The notes below the pieces were generated by a model. The model did no database searches, was not told where the DNA came from, and was given only the letters and a program-made list of their open reading frames with translations. A DNA stretch of 64,000 nt from Balanoglossus misakiensis (lineage: Eukaryota > Animalia > Hemichordata), in contig CM082587.2 in the NCBI GenBank assembly GCA_040954595.2, positions 5,630,206 to 5,694,205 on the forward strand, given 5' to 3'. This document shows positions 1 through 11,900 of this stretch, piece after piece. Position 1 is the stretch's first letter, and the number at the start of each line of letters is the position of its first letter. A program made the translations under genes and the position numbers.

Positions 1-1
1 G

Positions 2-772
2 TCGCCGGGAACGATCTTGGTGTCCCTTGTGCGCGAGCCTTCTGCGAACTTCGAATCCGTGTTCAATTTTTTCCGCCTGTACAGATTTTCGCGCGGGCTC
101 AAGGGAAGCAGGATGGCGAAAATGCGAAATTTCTTGCGACGCCCTGTATTCCACCGCGGCTTCATTCCCCGATACTCGATGCCGTGGCGCGTGGCCAGGA
201 ACGGGCAGGCCTGGCACCTGGGCCTGGATCACGCGTACCACGAGAATTCCACAGCCGTCAAGGAGTACTTCGGCAATCTCGCAAAGGAGCTCGATTTGGT
301 TCTCGTTACCGAGTACTATGACGAGTCGCTGGTGCTGCTCAGAAAGAAAATGTGCTGGAAGATGGAACACATACTTTACATTGCTCGCAGGGTGCGCGCC
401 ACTTCCAGACACGTCCCGCTGTCGAAAGCGATGAAAAGGTCCATCTACCGTTGGAATGACGTCGACGCTAAAATGTACCGCATTTTCAATCAAACACTGT
501 GGCAAAAAATCAAGGAATACGGACCGGCGTTCAACAAGGATCTACAGAACTTTCGTCTGCTCCGGTCTGCCGTTTCTTCGGACTGCGACAAATTCGGCCA
601 GCTTTCCGAAGAAACGGTCCAGCTCTTGGGAAGATTTAATTCCCATATCGAGGATCCCAGAAAGTTTTGCCGACAGTTAAATTCGTGGTTCAGGCTGTCG
701 AGGAGTATCAGCGTTTCACATTGGGACCATGGGCATAGAGCGTTTGCTGCAACTATCAAAGGTTGGTGTTGA
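2..772 (+). CDS. Galactose-3-O-sulfotransferase (GAL3ST/galactosylceramide sulfotransferase-like), 3' part; runs off the left edge
   Basis: Frame open from base 2 to TGA at 770-772. Contains SLVREPSANFESVF (3'-phosphosulfate-binding region), LDLVLVTEYYDESLVLLRKKMCW and WNDVDAKMYRIFNQTLW, all typical of Gal-3-O-sulfotransferases. Confidence 0.85.
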   Translation, partial: SPGTILVSLVREPSANFESVFNFFRLYRFSRGLKGSRMAKMRNFLRRPVFHRGFIPRYSMPWRVARNGQAWHLGLDHAYHENSTAVKEYFGNLAKELDLVLVTEYYDESLVLLRKKMCWKMEHILYIARRVRATSRHVPLSKAMKRSIYRWNDVDAKMYRIFNQTLWQKIKEYGPAFNKDLQNFRLLRSAVSSDCDKFGQLSEETVQLLGRFNSHIEDPRKFCRQLNSWFRLSRSISVSHWDHGHRAFAATIKGWC

Positions 773-847
773 CGGACGGGGTTTACAATGTCATGTTTGT
801 CTTGGCTCTGCCCTGTCCGTCTGTCTTTCTGTTACAGACATATTTCA

Positions 848-1102
848 CATCATCATCCTCATCATCATCACCACCACCACCATCGTCGTCGTCATCATCA
901 TCATCATCATCTCAAATATTAACCACCACCACCACCACAAATATTAACTACCACCACCACCATTTCAAATATTAACCACCTGTCCACCACTACCACCACC
1001 ATCATTTCAAATATTAACCACCACCACCATCATCATCTCAAATATTAACCACCACCACCATCATTTCAAATATCAACCACCACCACCATTTTATATATTA
1101 AC
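848..1102. repeat. (CAT/CAC)n microsatellite with a degenerate ~30 bp unit (caaatattaaccaccaccaccatcattt)
   Basis: About seven copies of caaatattaac followed by (cac)n are directly visible; they explain the poly-His/Thr/Ser ORFs at 729-975. Confidence 0.9.
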
Positions 1103-1769
1103 GTTATTCTCTCGTTTAACTGTATTTATGCAGGCACTGTGGATCCATTAAAACGCATGGCCCCACAAGATCTGTTGATGGCCAAATTGGACTCCAGTAC
1201 TCGTTGTCTGAGAATCCAGTATCATAAGACCAAACCGGATGAGCCTGGCAAGGCCTTGGATATTTTCATATCATCAAGCTCCTCACCACTGCCACTAAGT
1301 CTAAGTGTGTCGGAATTCGAACATAATTCATACACTGCTTCTTGCGACATCGAGAAATCACAAGATTTCCAGGTGAGAATACAGACGTGGATTTAATTAA
1401 TTAATTGACATATTCTTCGCATTACCTGACTATCCTTCATAATTAATTAAGTAATTAATGAACTAACGTGACGTGTTCAATGAATGAATGAATTTGAAAA
1501 GCAGTGATGGTGTCTTGTTCTTCGCTTTTGTCAACAGGTGACTATGGGAGGGAAGCGCACAACAGAAGGATTCTTGATTACTTCATTGAGTGTGACCAAC
1601 GGCAATTGCAACAGATCAACGATGGCGAAACCCAAACGCCGACGGACAGGCAAAACGGTGCCATGAGATGGTACAGATATGTTGACGAGTTTCGCGAAAA
1701 ATCCCAACCTCCACAAAATGGGGCGGTTACGTACCTGCGTTCCGATTTCGCTGTTGCTATTCACTAGAC

Positions 1770-2301
1770 TAGACTCTATTCTCGCTACCTAACTTAAATG
1801 GGTTTTGCTACCTAGGTGAGCGAGAAAAATCTCAAAATGGCGGACAGAATTTTAAGATGGCGGATTTGTTGCCATATTTAGCAAAGGGGAGTTCATCGGC
1901 TATAAAGTGAGTGTCGGGTCACACTGAAACTTTGTAGTACAATGTGATGAAGTTTAACGAATGTTACATGTACATTCTACAGATAAATGTTTTTACACAA
2001 TATAACAGTCATCTTTAAAAGGGCGAGTTGCAACTTTTTTTTCACCCACAAAGCACCCCCAGCTTCCTGCGATTCTGACTCCCCTTTTCGCCTCGTGTAG
2101 ATTGTCAAAAGTAGTAACTTTGGAGAAAATGTAGACTTTTGACTCGCTTTCATGATGCATTGGCTTGTTACGGCGGTTCTGGGTCCTTCTCCATGCAACT
2201 TATCTTCCGCCTTCGGACGCAATCTTGTGCCAAAATCGGTCGCATGGTGGCGCTATGAACATACACACTGACACACACACATTGATTATATTAGACTCTA
2301 T
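1770..2301. mobile_element. Possible non-autonomous interspersed element flanked by a 10 bp direct repeat
   Basis: tagactctat occurs at 1770-1779 and 2292-2301; a short (CA)n tract sits near the right end and two aagatggcgg-like motifs near the left end. No family could be assigned. Confidence 0.3.
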
Positions 2302-4006
2302 GGCAGTCGCTGTGCCTGTCGATAAGAAATAGAACTTTCATACGATGCGACGTGATTAGCGATAGCGTCGCGTCCACAGGACGTTCTATACCTAACGCGG
2401 ACGCGCATTTCAGTATCACACAGTCTTGGAGCAAGACTATGATTTCATCCACACACACACAGGGAAAGTTAATTCATAAATATTTATATAATTTTACGTC
2501 ATATTTGCTTTCAGTATTCATTCATGACATTCAGCCACAAATGAAAGGAAATTATTCACAGTGTTAACTCTGGAACATGAAGACAGAATACAGTGTGACC
2601 AATGACAATTTTTCCGGTCGGTTTTGGTGAGCGGATATTCTGTCTTCATGTTTCAGCATCAAAAGTAATCTCAAAATCTCAGTCTATATATCGGATATAA
2701 CCAATTCATTTAACGCTTCACTGACCATCAGTTATAAATAGATTTGAATCCAGTTCTCCCAAACTCTCTCTCTCGCTGAATTACAAGGAAATTACCGGGG
2801 CGTCGAAGAAAATATACAATATGTAGTTGGTCTATCTGGTGGAGGAATTCTCATTCATTTGCACGGGTCCTCCTTCACACGTTTGAAGTCTCAAAAATTC
2901 TCAAGTCATACTGCAACCATATCTGGCTGCAGTGATGATATTGCATACATGGTCATATCAGCAGCACAGGGCAGTTCTCTGTTAGGGAATAGGCAGACTC
3001 TGATGCAAACGACCCCTGACTCGCAAACAACCTCTGCGGGCAAGATAATTTCTCCAGACCACTCATGAGGGGCTGGGAGAAGCCAGGTGCCGGTCGTAAA
3101 CAATTACACAAATCGACAGATTTCGGTAAATTATAAATATATGAGATGCTGGCTCAGTTTGCAATATATTTACAGAAACATGAGGTGATCAACTTTATAC
3201 ACGAGCCTTTCCCATGGTGTTAGTTGAAATGGAATCGTAGAAGTGCAAGACAGTCACATTTTATCTCCGTAATGATTCCAACCTTTGCCAAATGCTGAAG
3301 TTGGACCCAGTTGGAAAGTAGGGGAGATGATACCATCTGATACCTCATGAACAATTAGCATGTCACGCCTCATGGTTTTCAGAGACTGTCATTTGAAACA
3401 AAAAAATTATCACCAAAAATATCTGCAGAATGTGGACTTGTTCTCTTCCACTAAGAAAGAAATGGACATTCTGGTGGTGGAAGTGAGATTGAGAGAGAAT
3501 ACCAAAATTTTAACAATAATGGAAGGTTAGTCAGAAACCTATGCGGCCTTGATTTCCCATCACAGCACAGACGAACACCTGCTGAAGGCAAATTCGACTA
3601 CCGCAGAAGAAATTCATCGGAATATTCCCCTAATCAGGGACGCTACCAACAAAAAAAAAGGAAAGGTGGTCCCCTTCAAGCAAATATATATAAATCTCCC
3701 AATTTTACAAAAATATAACTGCTGTGCCGGCCAAACGAAAAACCGCATTCAATTTCTTCATATTTGAAGAAGAATCAACGAGAGCTTGACTCTGCTCTCC
3801 TTCTCATAAATTTCCATGGCAGAACTTTGGCGCAGGAAAGCCACGAGCCAAAGTCCAAAGGACATCCTAGGCCGGCCTTTGATAATGATCCGTTGTGATG
3901 ACCATTATCAATCCATAGCGTTTCTCGCAGTTTCGACGCAGATTTCCAATCGTCAATTTCCAATCGTCCATTCTCCAGAACCGGCCACCCCCGCACAGGG
4001 ACAGCG

Positions 4007-5949
4007 TTAGACGTTGACCAGCTCCCCCGAGCAACATTTACACGGATAGAAGGCGTGATCCAGCAGGGTTTTCTTGTCGATGGAGTGCGGCGACCCCATC
4101 TGCTCCAGCAGCTCCATGATCTGTTTGGCAGTTCGTTCGCCCTCCGGCACGGCCATTTTGGAAAGTTTGGGTTGGAGGGCATTGGTGGAGTTGGCCATGG
4201 TCTCCGCCACCGCGGGGGGATGGCCGACCGCACCGCTGTGCTCCATGACGACTTCTTCGTGCTCATCGTCGCTGCTTTCGCTGCTGTCCGTAGAGGGCCA
4301 GTCATACTCTGTAAGCAGGAAAGTTGTACAGTCAGATTTTCACATTGTGCCGTGCACAGATCCAAAATACAGCAGGGGGTAGGGGGGACCAGTAGTTCAG
4401 GTGAGGATCAGTATTAGCCAGCAGGCAAATATCTGTAACTTTGCTATGAGCACATCCGAGTGCCAGGCACTGAACATCGCAGTACTACAAATGTGCTAGT
4501 TATCGGTACTTACCATCTCCTGGTGTACCGTCTGTACTATCACCCAAACTTCCAGTTGCATTATGGGTCGTCTGGGCGGAGATCGGCACCGTGGTATCAG
4601 CCAGGGTCTGGCTAAGCTGCTCAGCAGTTGTTTTACTGTAGGGGTGTAAATATTTCTTCTCTCCAAGTAATTGCATGACTAAGGTTTGAAGCTGGCCGAG
4701 TTTTCTCTGAAAAGGAAAGAAAGTTGCACGCAAAACACATCACAGGTGGTCAAAAATACATTTCACTTTCAAAATACATGGAATATATAAAGAAAGTGTC
4801 CACCCCTTACTGCTTTTTACTCATTATTTTACATCAGTCCAGAAAAAATCAAGAACGATTCAAATTTACATACTTGCATATCTTCTTTTTCGTGGGCTAA
4901 TCTCCGTACATATTCCTCTTTTTCTTTCTGCCTCTGTTTGAGTCTGTCTCTCTGTTCGTGATACAGAGAGATATAATCACCTGTGAAAGGAAATGAACCG
5001 AGTTTAGTAATACCCATTGTTCATCCAAATCTAAAACGAATCACAGAAAGTTTTGCCAGAACAAGACATTTTAACAATGTGCTCCTCACATTGGTACTTA
5101 CTACACCTATGCTATGCCGTTTGTCAGTCCCTACGATTGACTGTTTCCATGTTATTGACAACTAGCAATCTTCTCTTTTAAAAATTAAATGTCTAAATCC
5201 CACCCCGAAACAACAACACCCAAAACAACAACAACAACACCCAAAACAACAACAACAACAACACACTAATACCAACCTATGGTATCTGTCTCCCCGGCTA
5301 GTTGCAAACACAGATGCTCGTACTCCTGGCACTTGTCGCTCAAGTCAGCCTTGTCTCTCATCACTTTGGTGAACTTCTCCTCCAGTTTCTCCATGGCTAT
5401 CTGCAGTGTCTCGTAGGCTTCCTTGGTGATGAAGTTGCCTTCGGGTGTGACCGCTGGGGCTGTGTGTGTTGGGGTCAATGACGAAGAGAGCAGCGTTGAA
5501 ATTATAATTGATCATTTGTGTGTTAAAGGTATACAGTCACCTATGGAAATTTAGCTACAGTTACCATGCTAAACTTGAGATCTTTAGAACCCTCAAATAC
5601 GCCATTTCAGCCATATATGGGTGTATGTAGATTGGAAGTGACTGTATACCTTTAATAAGGTTACCTTTCCATTGGTGTTGATAATTTCACGGGTACGACA
5701 AAACTACGACATCCCTCATACAGCTTAAGTAATTCAAACCTATGTGCAGCCTGAGATGAGATTCCAGGTTCAATTTGACACCCTTCTTACCCTGAGCTTG
5801 CTCCTTCTTGATCTCGTCCATTTGTCCCAGTAAGATTCTGTGCTGTTCCCTCTGCTCTTCGAACTGATATGTCAACTGGTCGCGCTCCATTTCCAGTTGT
5901 CTGATCGCAGCCGACAGGGAGTCAACCTGCAAATGAAGTGAAACCACGC

Positions 5950-5984
<35 letters not shown>

Positions 5985-8900
5985 GTCAGTCAGTCAGTCA
6001 GTCAGTCAGTCAGTAATGAAATAGATGAAAAGGGTTTGCGCTGCAGTATTTAGGAAATAAAAAGCTGTCATTTTCTTACCATATCTGACTTATCAACAGA
6101 AGTGTTCGAGTTTTCTGGATTTTCTGTAACAGAAAAAAAGTAGAAGTATTATTTTATTAAATTCACACACAGCTCAAAGCAGCCATAGGTCTGAGTGGAT
6201 GTGTCTTGTCTTGGCAGACAGTCCTGAGGAAATATTTTTTTCAATACTGCACTGCAGAAGTAACAACAGAAAGAATGCAAAAGTACATTGACTTCTCTCA
6301 CCTTGCAATGTTAGTCTGTTCTGTAATTCTGCCAGCTGTACTCTAAGTTCACTGTTCTGTGATGACAAGGTGTTGATATTCTCCTGTAATGGCAAAAATT
6401 TTGAGGCGTTTAATAGGATTATGACAAAAGGATGGATAAGGATGAGCCTGCGACCTATTTGTCAGCTGAGATTCTTTTGTCGATTCTTATATTTTCACAT
6501 TTTTTTTCTTTTTGAAAATTAGTGATCATAAAACTTCACTGAGTGACTCACTGTATATTTTAACCCTTTCACCCCCGTTTCCCACTACAGAGGTCCAACT
6601 TAACCATGCCAAACAATGGATTTTGGACCAAACCATGGTTCGTGCAGGGTCCGAGGCTTACCTGAGCGGAGGCCAATTCCCTGTGGAGCGTTTCCGTGAG
6701 CTGTCCCTGAGCCTCGTAGTGTCTCATGTGATCCGTCAGCTGTGCTTGTTGTGCAAGCTGCTTGTTCAGCTCAAAATTCTGGGCCTTGATTTCTTCAAGT
6801 AAGTTTTCTTTGGCGTGTAGCTGTGGGGAGGGGGAGAGAGTGGGGTTTGGGGGGAGGTTATACCCCAATGTGGTGCTGATAGCAATGTAGGACGTTGGCA
6901 GGAGTGAAAGCATAAATATATCTTCCCTGGGCATTCAACCGTTCGAGACACAGTAAATATTCCCCAATACAAACAAGTGCTAGAACACTGCTAATCGTAC
7001 CAACAGGTGAAATTATACGAAATCTGCAAACTTTCAAATCATTTTCCCTAGGTCTGTTTTCTGTTCTGGGATGGGGTGCAGTAATGATTTTAATAATAAT
7101 CACATTGGATGGCATTGTTTCATGTCAGAGCAGACAGACTCATACGAATGAACGCACCAGTTTGCAAGTTCCAAATCAAGTCACACCATTCCTGCTGATC
7201 GTCAACTTTGCTTTACTCAACGTCACTCAAAATCAATCAAGCCCATCACTAACATAAGTTGGACTTGGTATCAGAGCATTACCTGTTCCCGCACTTCATT
7301 CAGTTCGTCTTCCTGCTGACTGAGTCTGTTGGCCAGTTCCTTGCTGACATGCTGTTCTGAGTGAAACTGCGTGGCCATCTCCATATTCTCATTGCTCTGT
7401 AAAATCAAAAAGAACGTTAGCTACGGACAAACCAAGAGAGAACAGTGGTCTCGGCCAGAAGACTGATAAAAAAAAATCAGCGAAAAAAGATTCATTCAGA
7501 TTTCACCCAGTCCAGCTAGCTACGTGTAAGCTTGATTCAACGCACTGATTCTTTTGTCTGTACATAATGTATTGTGTCCCGGCATAGCAACAATAAACAT
7601 CTGCCATTTAAATCTAGGATCAATGTCTCTATTCAGACGCAGCTTGCCACATGAAAATCTATCACTCCTCCTTTTTAGATTTTAGGGAAGTCGTGACCTG
7701 TCTGTTGCCATGACGACAATCTCCAGGGTGACGCAGGCAGATCTGAATTATAGCATTGTATCATTCACTGACTAGTCTGGGCGTTTTGTCAATGGATAGA
7801 CAATAAATACAATTGTATATGTCTAAATGTCACTTTGCAATAAATGTTCATTTTTTCTGTGTTATTAGTAAATCTATAAAAACAGTGCCGAGGACACTGT
7901 GCTCCCATTTCATCAGTACTCTTACATACAAATGTGATGATCACACAGACAGACAGATAGACATACTGACTTTTTTCCTGCAAATTATAAAATCATGCAA
8001 TTTTCATGACTTTAGCGAGAATCCAGCTGATTGACAATCCAAAACACTGCCACACTCACCATTTTCACAAAGCCATTCTGAAGCTCTGCCAGTTGCACTT
8101 TAAGTTCCTTATTTTGCGCCAACGCCCGACTGATGGTGGCCTTGTCGTTTTGCGTGCTTTCCAGCAGACGGGCTTTATCCCCCGACTCCTCTTTCATTCG
8201 GCTCAGTGTGTTCTCCAACTCTTCCACTCTCTCTTCTTTCTCTTGATAAAGTCTCGCAAGTTGGGCATTGTCGTTTGCCTGGAACATAGAAGCCAAAAAC
8301 GAGACAATTACCCCTGCTATCTGCGAGTCTCAAAAAGTCTCCAAATTCCAGCATATCCCATCGACTTTCCATATACATCAAGAGAGCCCGGGTACAAAAC
8401 AACTGTTTTGCCTGCTACGAACACTGAACATTCTCATAGCCTTGACAATACTGTGTTATCTTTAAATACAATCATTGGATCACATTTCCCACTCAATTTA
8501 CAGCATATCTGAAAAGATACTGTTCCAGGAGCATATGAGCCGTAGATACAGGTTTACTAAAATCCAGTCTTCGTAAATGGTCTGATTGTGGCCAGTTTTG
8601 CTGTCAGCAACACACACGTACCTGCGCTCTGTATTGCTGTTGTATCTGTTCATTCTCACTCTCTATCTCCTGTAGTCTCTTTGTCATCTCTTCTTGGTGG
8701 GCCTGCATTGCTCTCTCAGTTTCAGCAGCTGTGACACGAAAACAACACGAAAGCAGCTCATCAATTATCTCGATCATCCTCAGTGTGCCAATGTTTACAT
8801 AATGTGCAGGGTGTGTTTTAAACATTTTAGCATACAAAACTTACCTGTTGATTCTTCCATACTTGTCAATTTATTTTGTAACCTGTTTTGTTGTTTGAGG

Positions 8901-11900
8901 AGCTGATCCCTCTCTTCTATAAGTGACTTCACCTGTAAGTCAAACACTACATGTTATTTACAGTGGTTCATGCAGTCTACAGCTAAGGAATCAAAACCAA
9001 TTTGGTTCTAGACATATTAATATTAACACTTTCACCAACATCGTTAGGTCCAAAACCATTGTTTCCTATAGTGAAGTTATCGTAAGAGCTCTGCGTGGCA
9101 AGTGACAAACACACACACACACACACACACTGACCTGGTTGGCCAACTGCTGGACTTGTTGCTGTAAATGACTGGTGTCCTGGTGGTACTGTGAGGTCAG
9201 CTGTTCTCTCTCCCGGGACAACTGTTGGAAGGAGTGTTGATACTGAACCGAGTGAAGTGGCAGAGGAAAGGAAGAGATGAAAACAGGCAAGCCACGGAAG
9301 AATCAAGGGTCCAAGCCATGCAAGAGGAAAAAAGGTTGGGAACGACATGCAAGGGGTAGAAGGAAAGTGATAGGGGGGAGAGAGAAAAATGATTATTCCT
9401 GAATCCAAGTGGTTACTACAGCAGGGTATATATGGTAAGAAAACTGCCAAACCGACCGTTTTTTTCTTTTCTCATATTGACTTTAACCCATCACATATTT
9501 TTTTATCCCAGCAGTCACAAATACGACCAGCGCCACCTCCAATACCAAACAATTCTCCCAAAAGACATACAAAAACAAACACACACACAAATAAACACAA
9601 ACAAACAAACATAAACAGCTTGACATTTACCTCTGCCGTTTTCTGTTCTAGTGCGTTCTTGGTCTCTTCTAACTGCTGCAGCGCTTGCTGGTTTTCACTG
9701 CCACTGCTGGACAACTGTTGAATCATCAACTCGGACATGTTGACCTTCTCTTCCAGAGCTCGCACCTTGTGTTCTAGAGAATGATTTTCCGCTATCTGAC
9801 GGGGGGTGAGAAATAATTGACTATTAAGGGTGGTGAATTACTGTACACCAAACACATTGCAATACACTTGTAGAACAGCTGAGATGTATCTTTGAAATCG
9901 TAAAAGGAGTTTAGCTCAACACGCCAAATTACGTTGACCATAACATCAGCAATACTCCCATTGTATTTTGCCCCAAATTATGCACTGCCTGGTGAATTCT
10001 GATTTGAGCTTTTTTTTGATGTAAAAACACTTCTCAACCATCTGCAGTTTCCATAGTCAATTACTCTGCAGTGTGTCTACCATTCTCCAAGGACCACTGC
10101 ACTTTGACCAATACCACACCACAGATGGCATTTCTGACCACATCGCACTTAAGCAGCAGAAAAAAGTTTATTCATGACTATGTACTTACAGAGGCCTGTA
10201 ACTGACTTGACAGCTCTGAATTCTGCTGCGAGAGATCTTCATTGCCTCTCCTGTAGTAGACAGTAAGAATTTCAGTAAGTGATGTGTTTTCAATATTAGG
10301 TTGAACAATAACTGTGCTGATGACTTTCTGATACCCTGTTTGCTGGCCTGGAAGGACATTGCTGTCTGCAAGGATTTTATAGCGAGAGAGAAGTTACCAA
10401 TAAACTAGAGACTGACCTGAGATTGTACACATCCATCTTGAGCTGGTCCTGTGCTCTGTCAAGTTCTTTGCTTGTCTGTGAATGTACAAAATTGTTGCCT
10501 GTCGTCAACTCCTGGCACACAAGCTTGACACACCCGTGCAGGTAATATCTACACAACTACAACTACTGCATAAGCTCTGAGTGTGTTTGAGAAATACGGG
10601 AAATGACCTGGGAACCCCAATTAATACTTCTACCCATTCTGTCAATATACATACTACATGTACCACGAAACAAGTATCTGCCTACCTTTTCATACTGGGT
10701 ACTGGCACTGCTTGCTGATGCAAAATCCCTCTCCAGTTCAGCTACCCTGTGACGAGATGCCTGCAGACGACTGCTCAGATTATCAACTTCCTCTGTAGAT
10801 AACCAAGCACAGTCAAATGAATTTCTCGGGTATATCTTGCATGTACGTGTACATCAAATCAATGTAAAAATTGCTCTATCTGATCACAGTATCCGTCAAC
10901 ACCACTCTATGAACATCTACATGAACTGAACACATATCTCCCAACACCAACACCCATCATCACTGAACAAGTCCTCTGAATCACCCACTCACCAAGTTTT
11001 TGCTTGAGGGCCATCTGACTCTGGTTCAGCGTCGTCTGTAGTTCGGATTTTTCCGACACAAGAATGCCAATGGTCTGTATATGCACCTGTAACTGCTCTT
11101 TCAATGCCCCTATGTCCTTCACCATCGACGTCTCATGTTCTTGCCTTTCCTGAAAAGGACACCACAAATCTTATTCATCACAGCAACAGTGTAAGCAGAG
11201 ACATTTAAAAAAGTAGCTGGTTTAGTAATCTCAATATTTGTTAGTTTTGTTATTTATTTATGTTTTATTTCAGACTAATTGTTAAGCCCAGGATCTAGAA
11301 TGATACCGAAAAGCACCCCTGCCTGTAACTTTGGAGTTTTTTCTTGCTTTTTTGTTTTGTTGATGTTTGCTGAATATCTTCTATCTACTAATTAGTAAAC
11401 CACAACTAAGAACAATGAACAATATTGTATGTACAGGTTTGTGTTCCAACAAGAGTCTGACGTTGGATAAGTAGAAATGCGAACATGACAGTAGATATAA
11501 CACTACATAACAGATTTTGACATCACACTACAACACAGATTGAGATCATAATAATGCAATCATGCATACACATGCTATTTGTCTACAATTGTACCTTGCA
11601 GGCTATCAGCATGCACTGCTGTCTAGACAGTACATGTTTGGGAACTCTGTGTGACCACAAAGTCCTGTCCAGCCCTTAGAGAGACATAGTACAATGTATA
11701 ACTCTAGTCACCTTGAAGTCAAACACACATATGATGATCTTCAAATGATTGGGCGTTAAGTTAGTTTCGCGGGTAGAAAATTGCTTGATTTCAACGAAAG
11801 GACTGCAAATGTCACCACATCTAGAAATGTGTACCTTTCCACACACATTTGTCATCCCATTATATAGATAAAGTGTGATACAAAGCAAGTGAACTAACAT

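Noticed and set aside
848-1102. Regularly spaced repeats superficially like a CRISPR array
   Set aside because: Eukaryotic context, and the spacers are just (CAC/CAT)n microsatellite.
3775-4365. 196 aa minus-strand ORF overlapping the last GOLGA2 exon
   Set aside because: Alternative frame. The phase-consistent frame is the one ending [12 protein letters not shown] at 4007.
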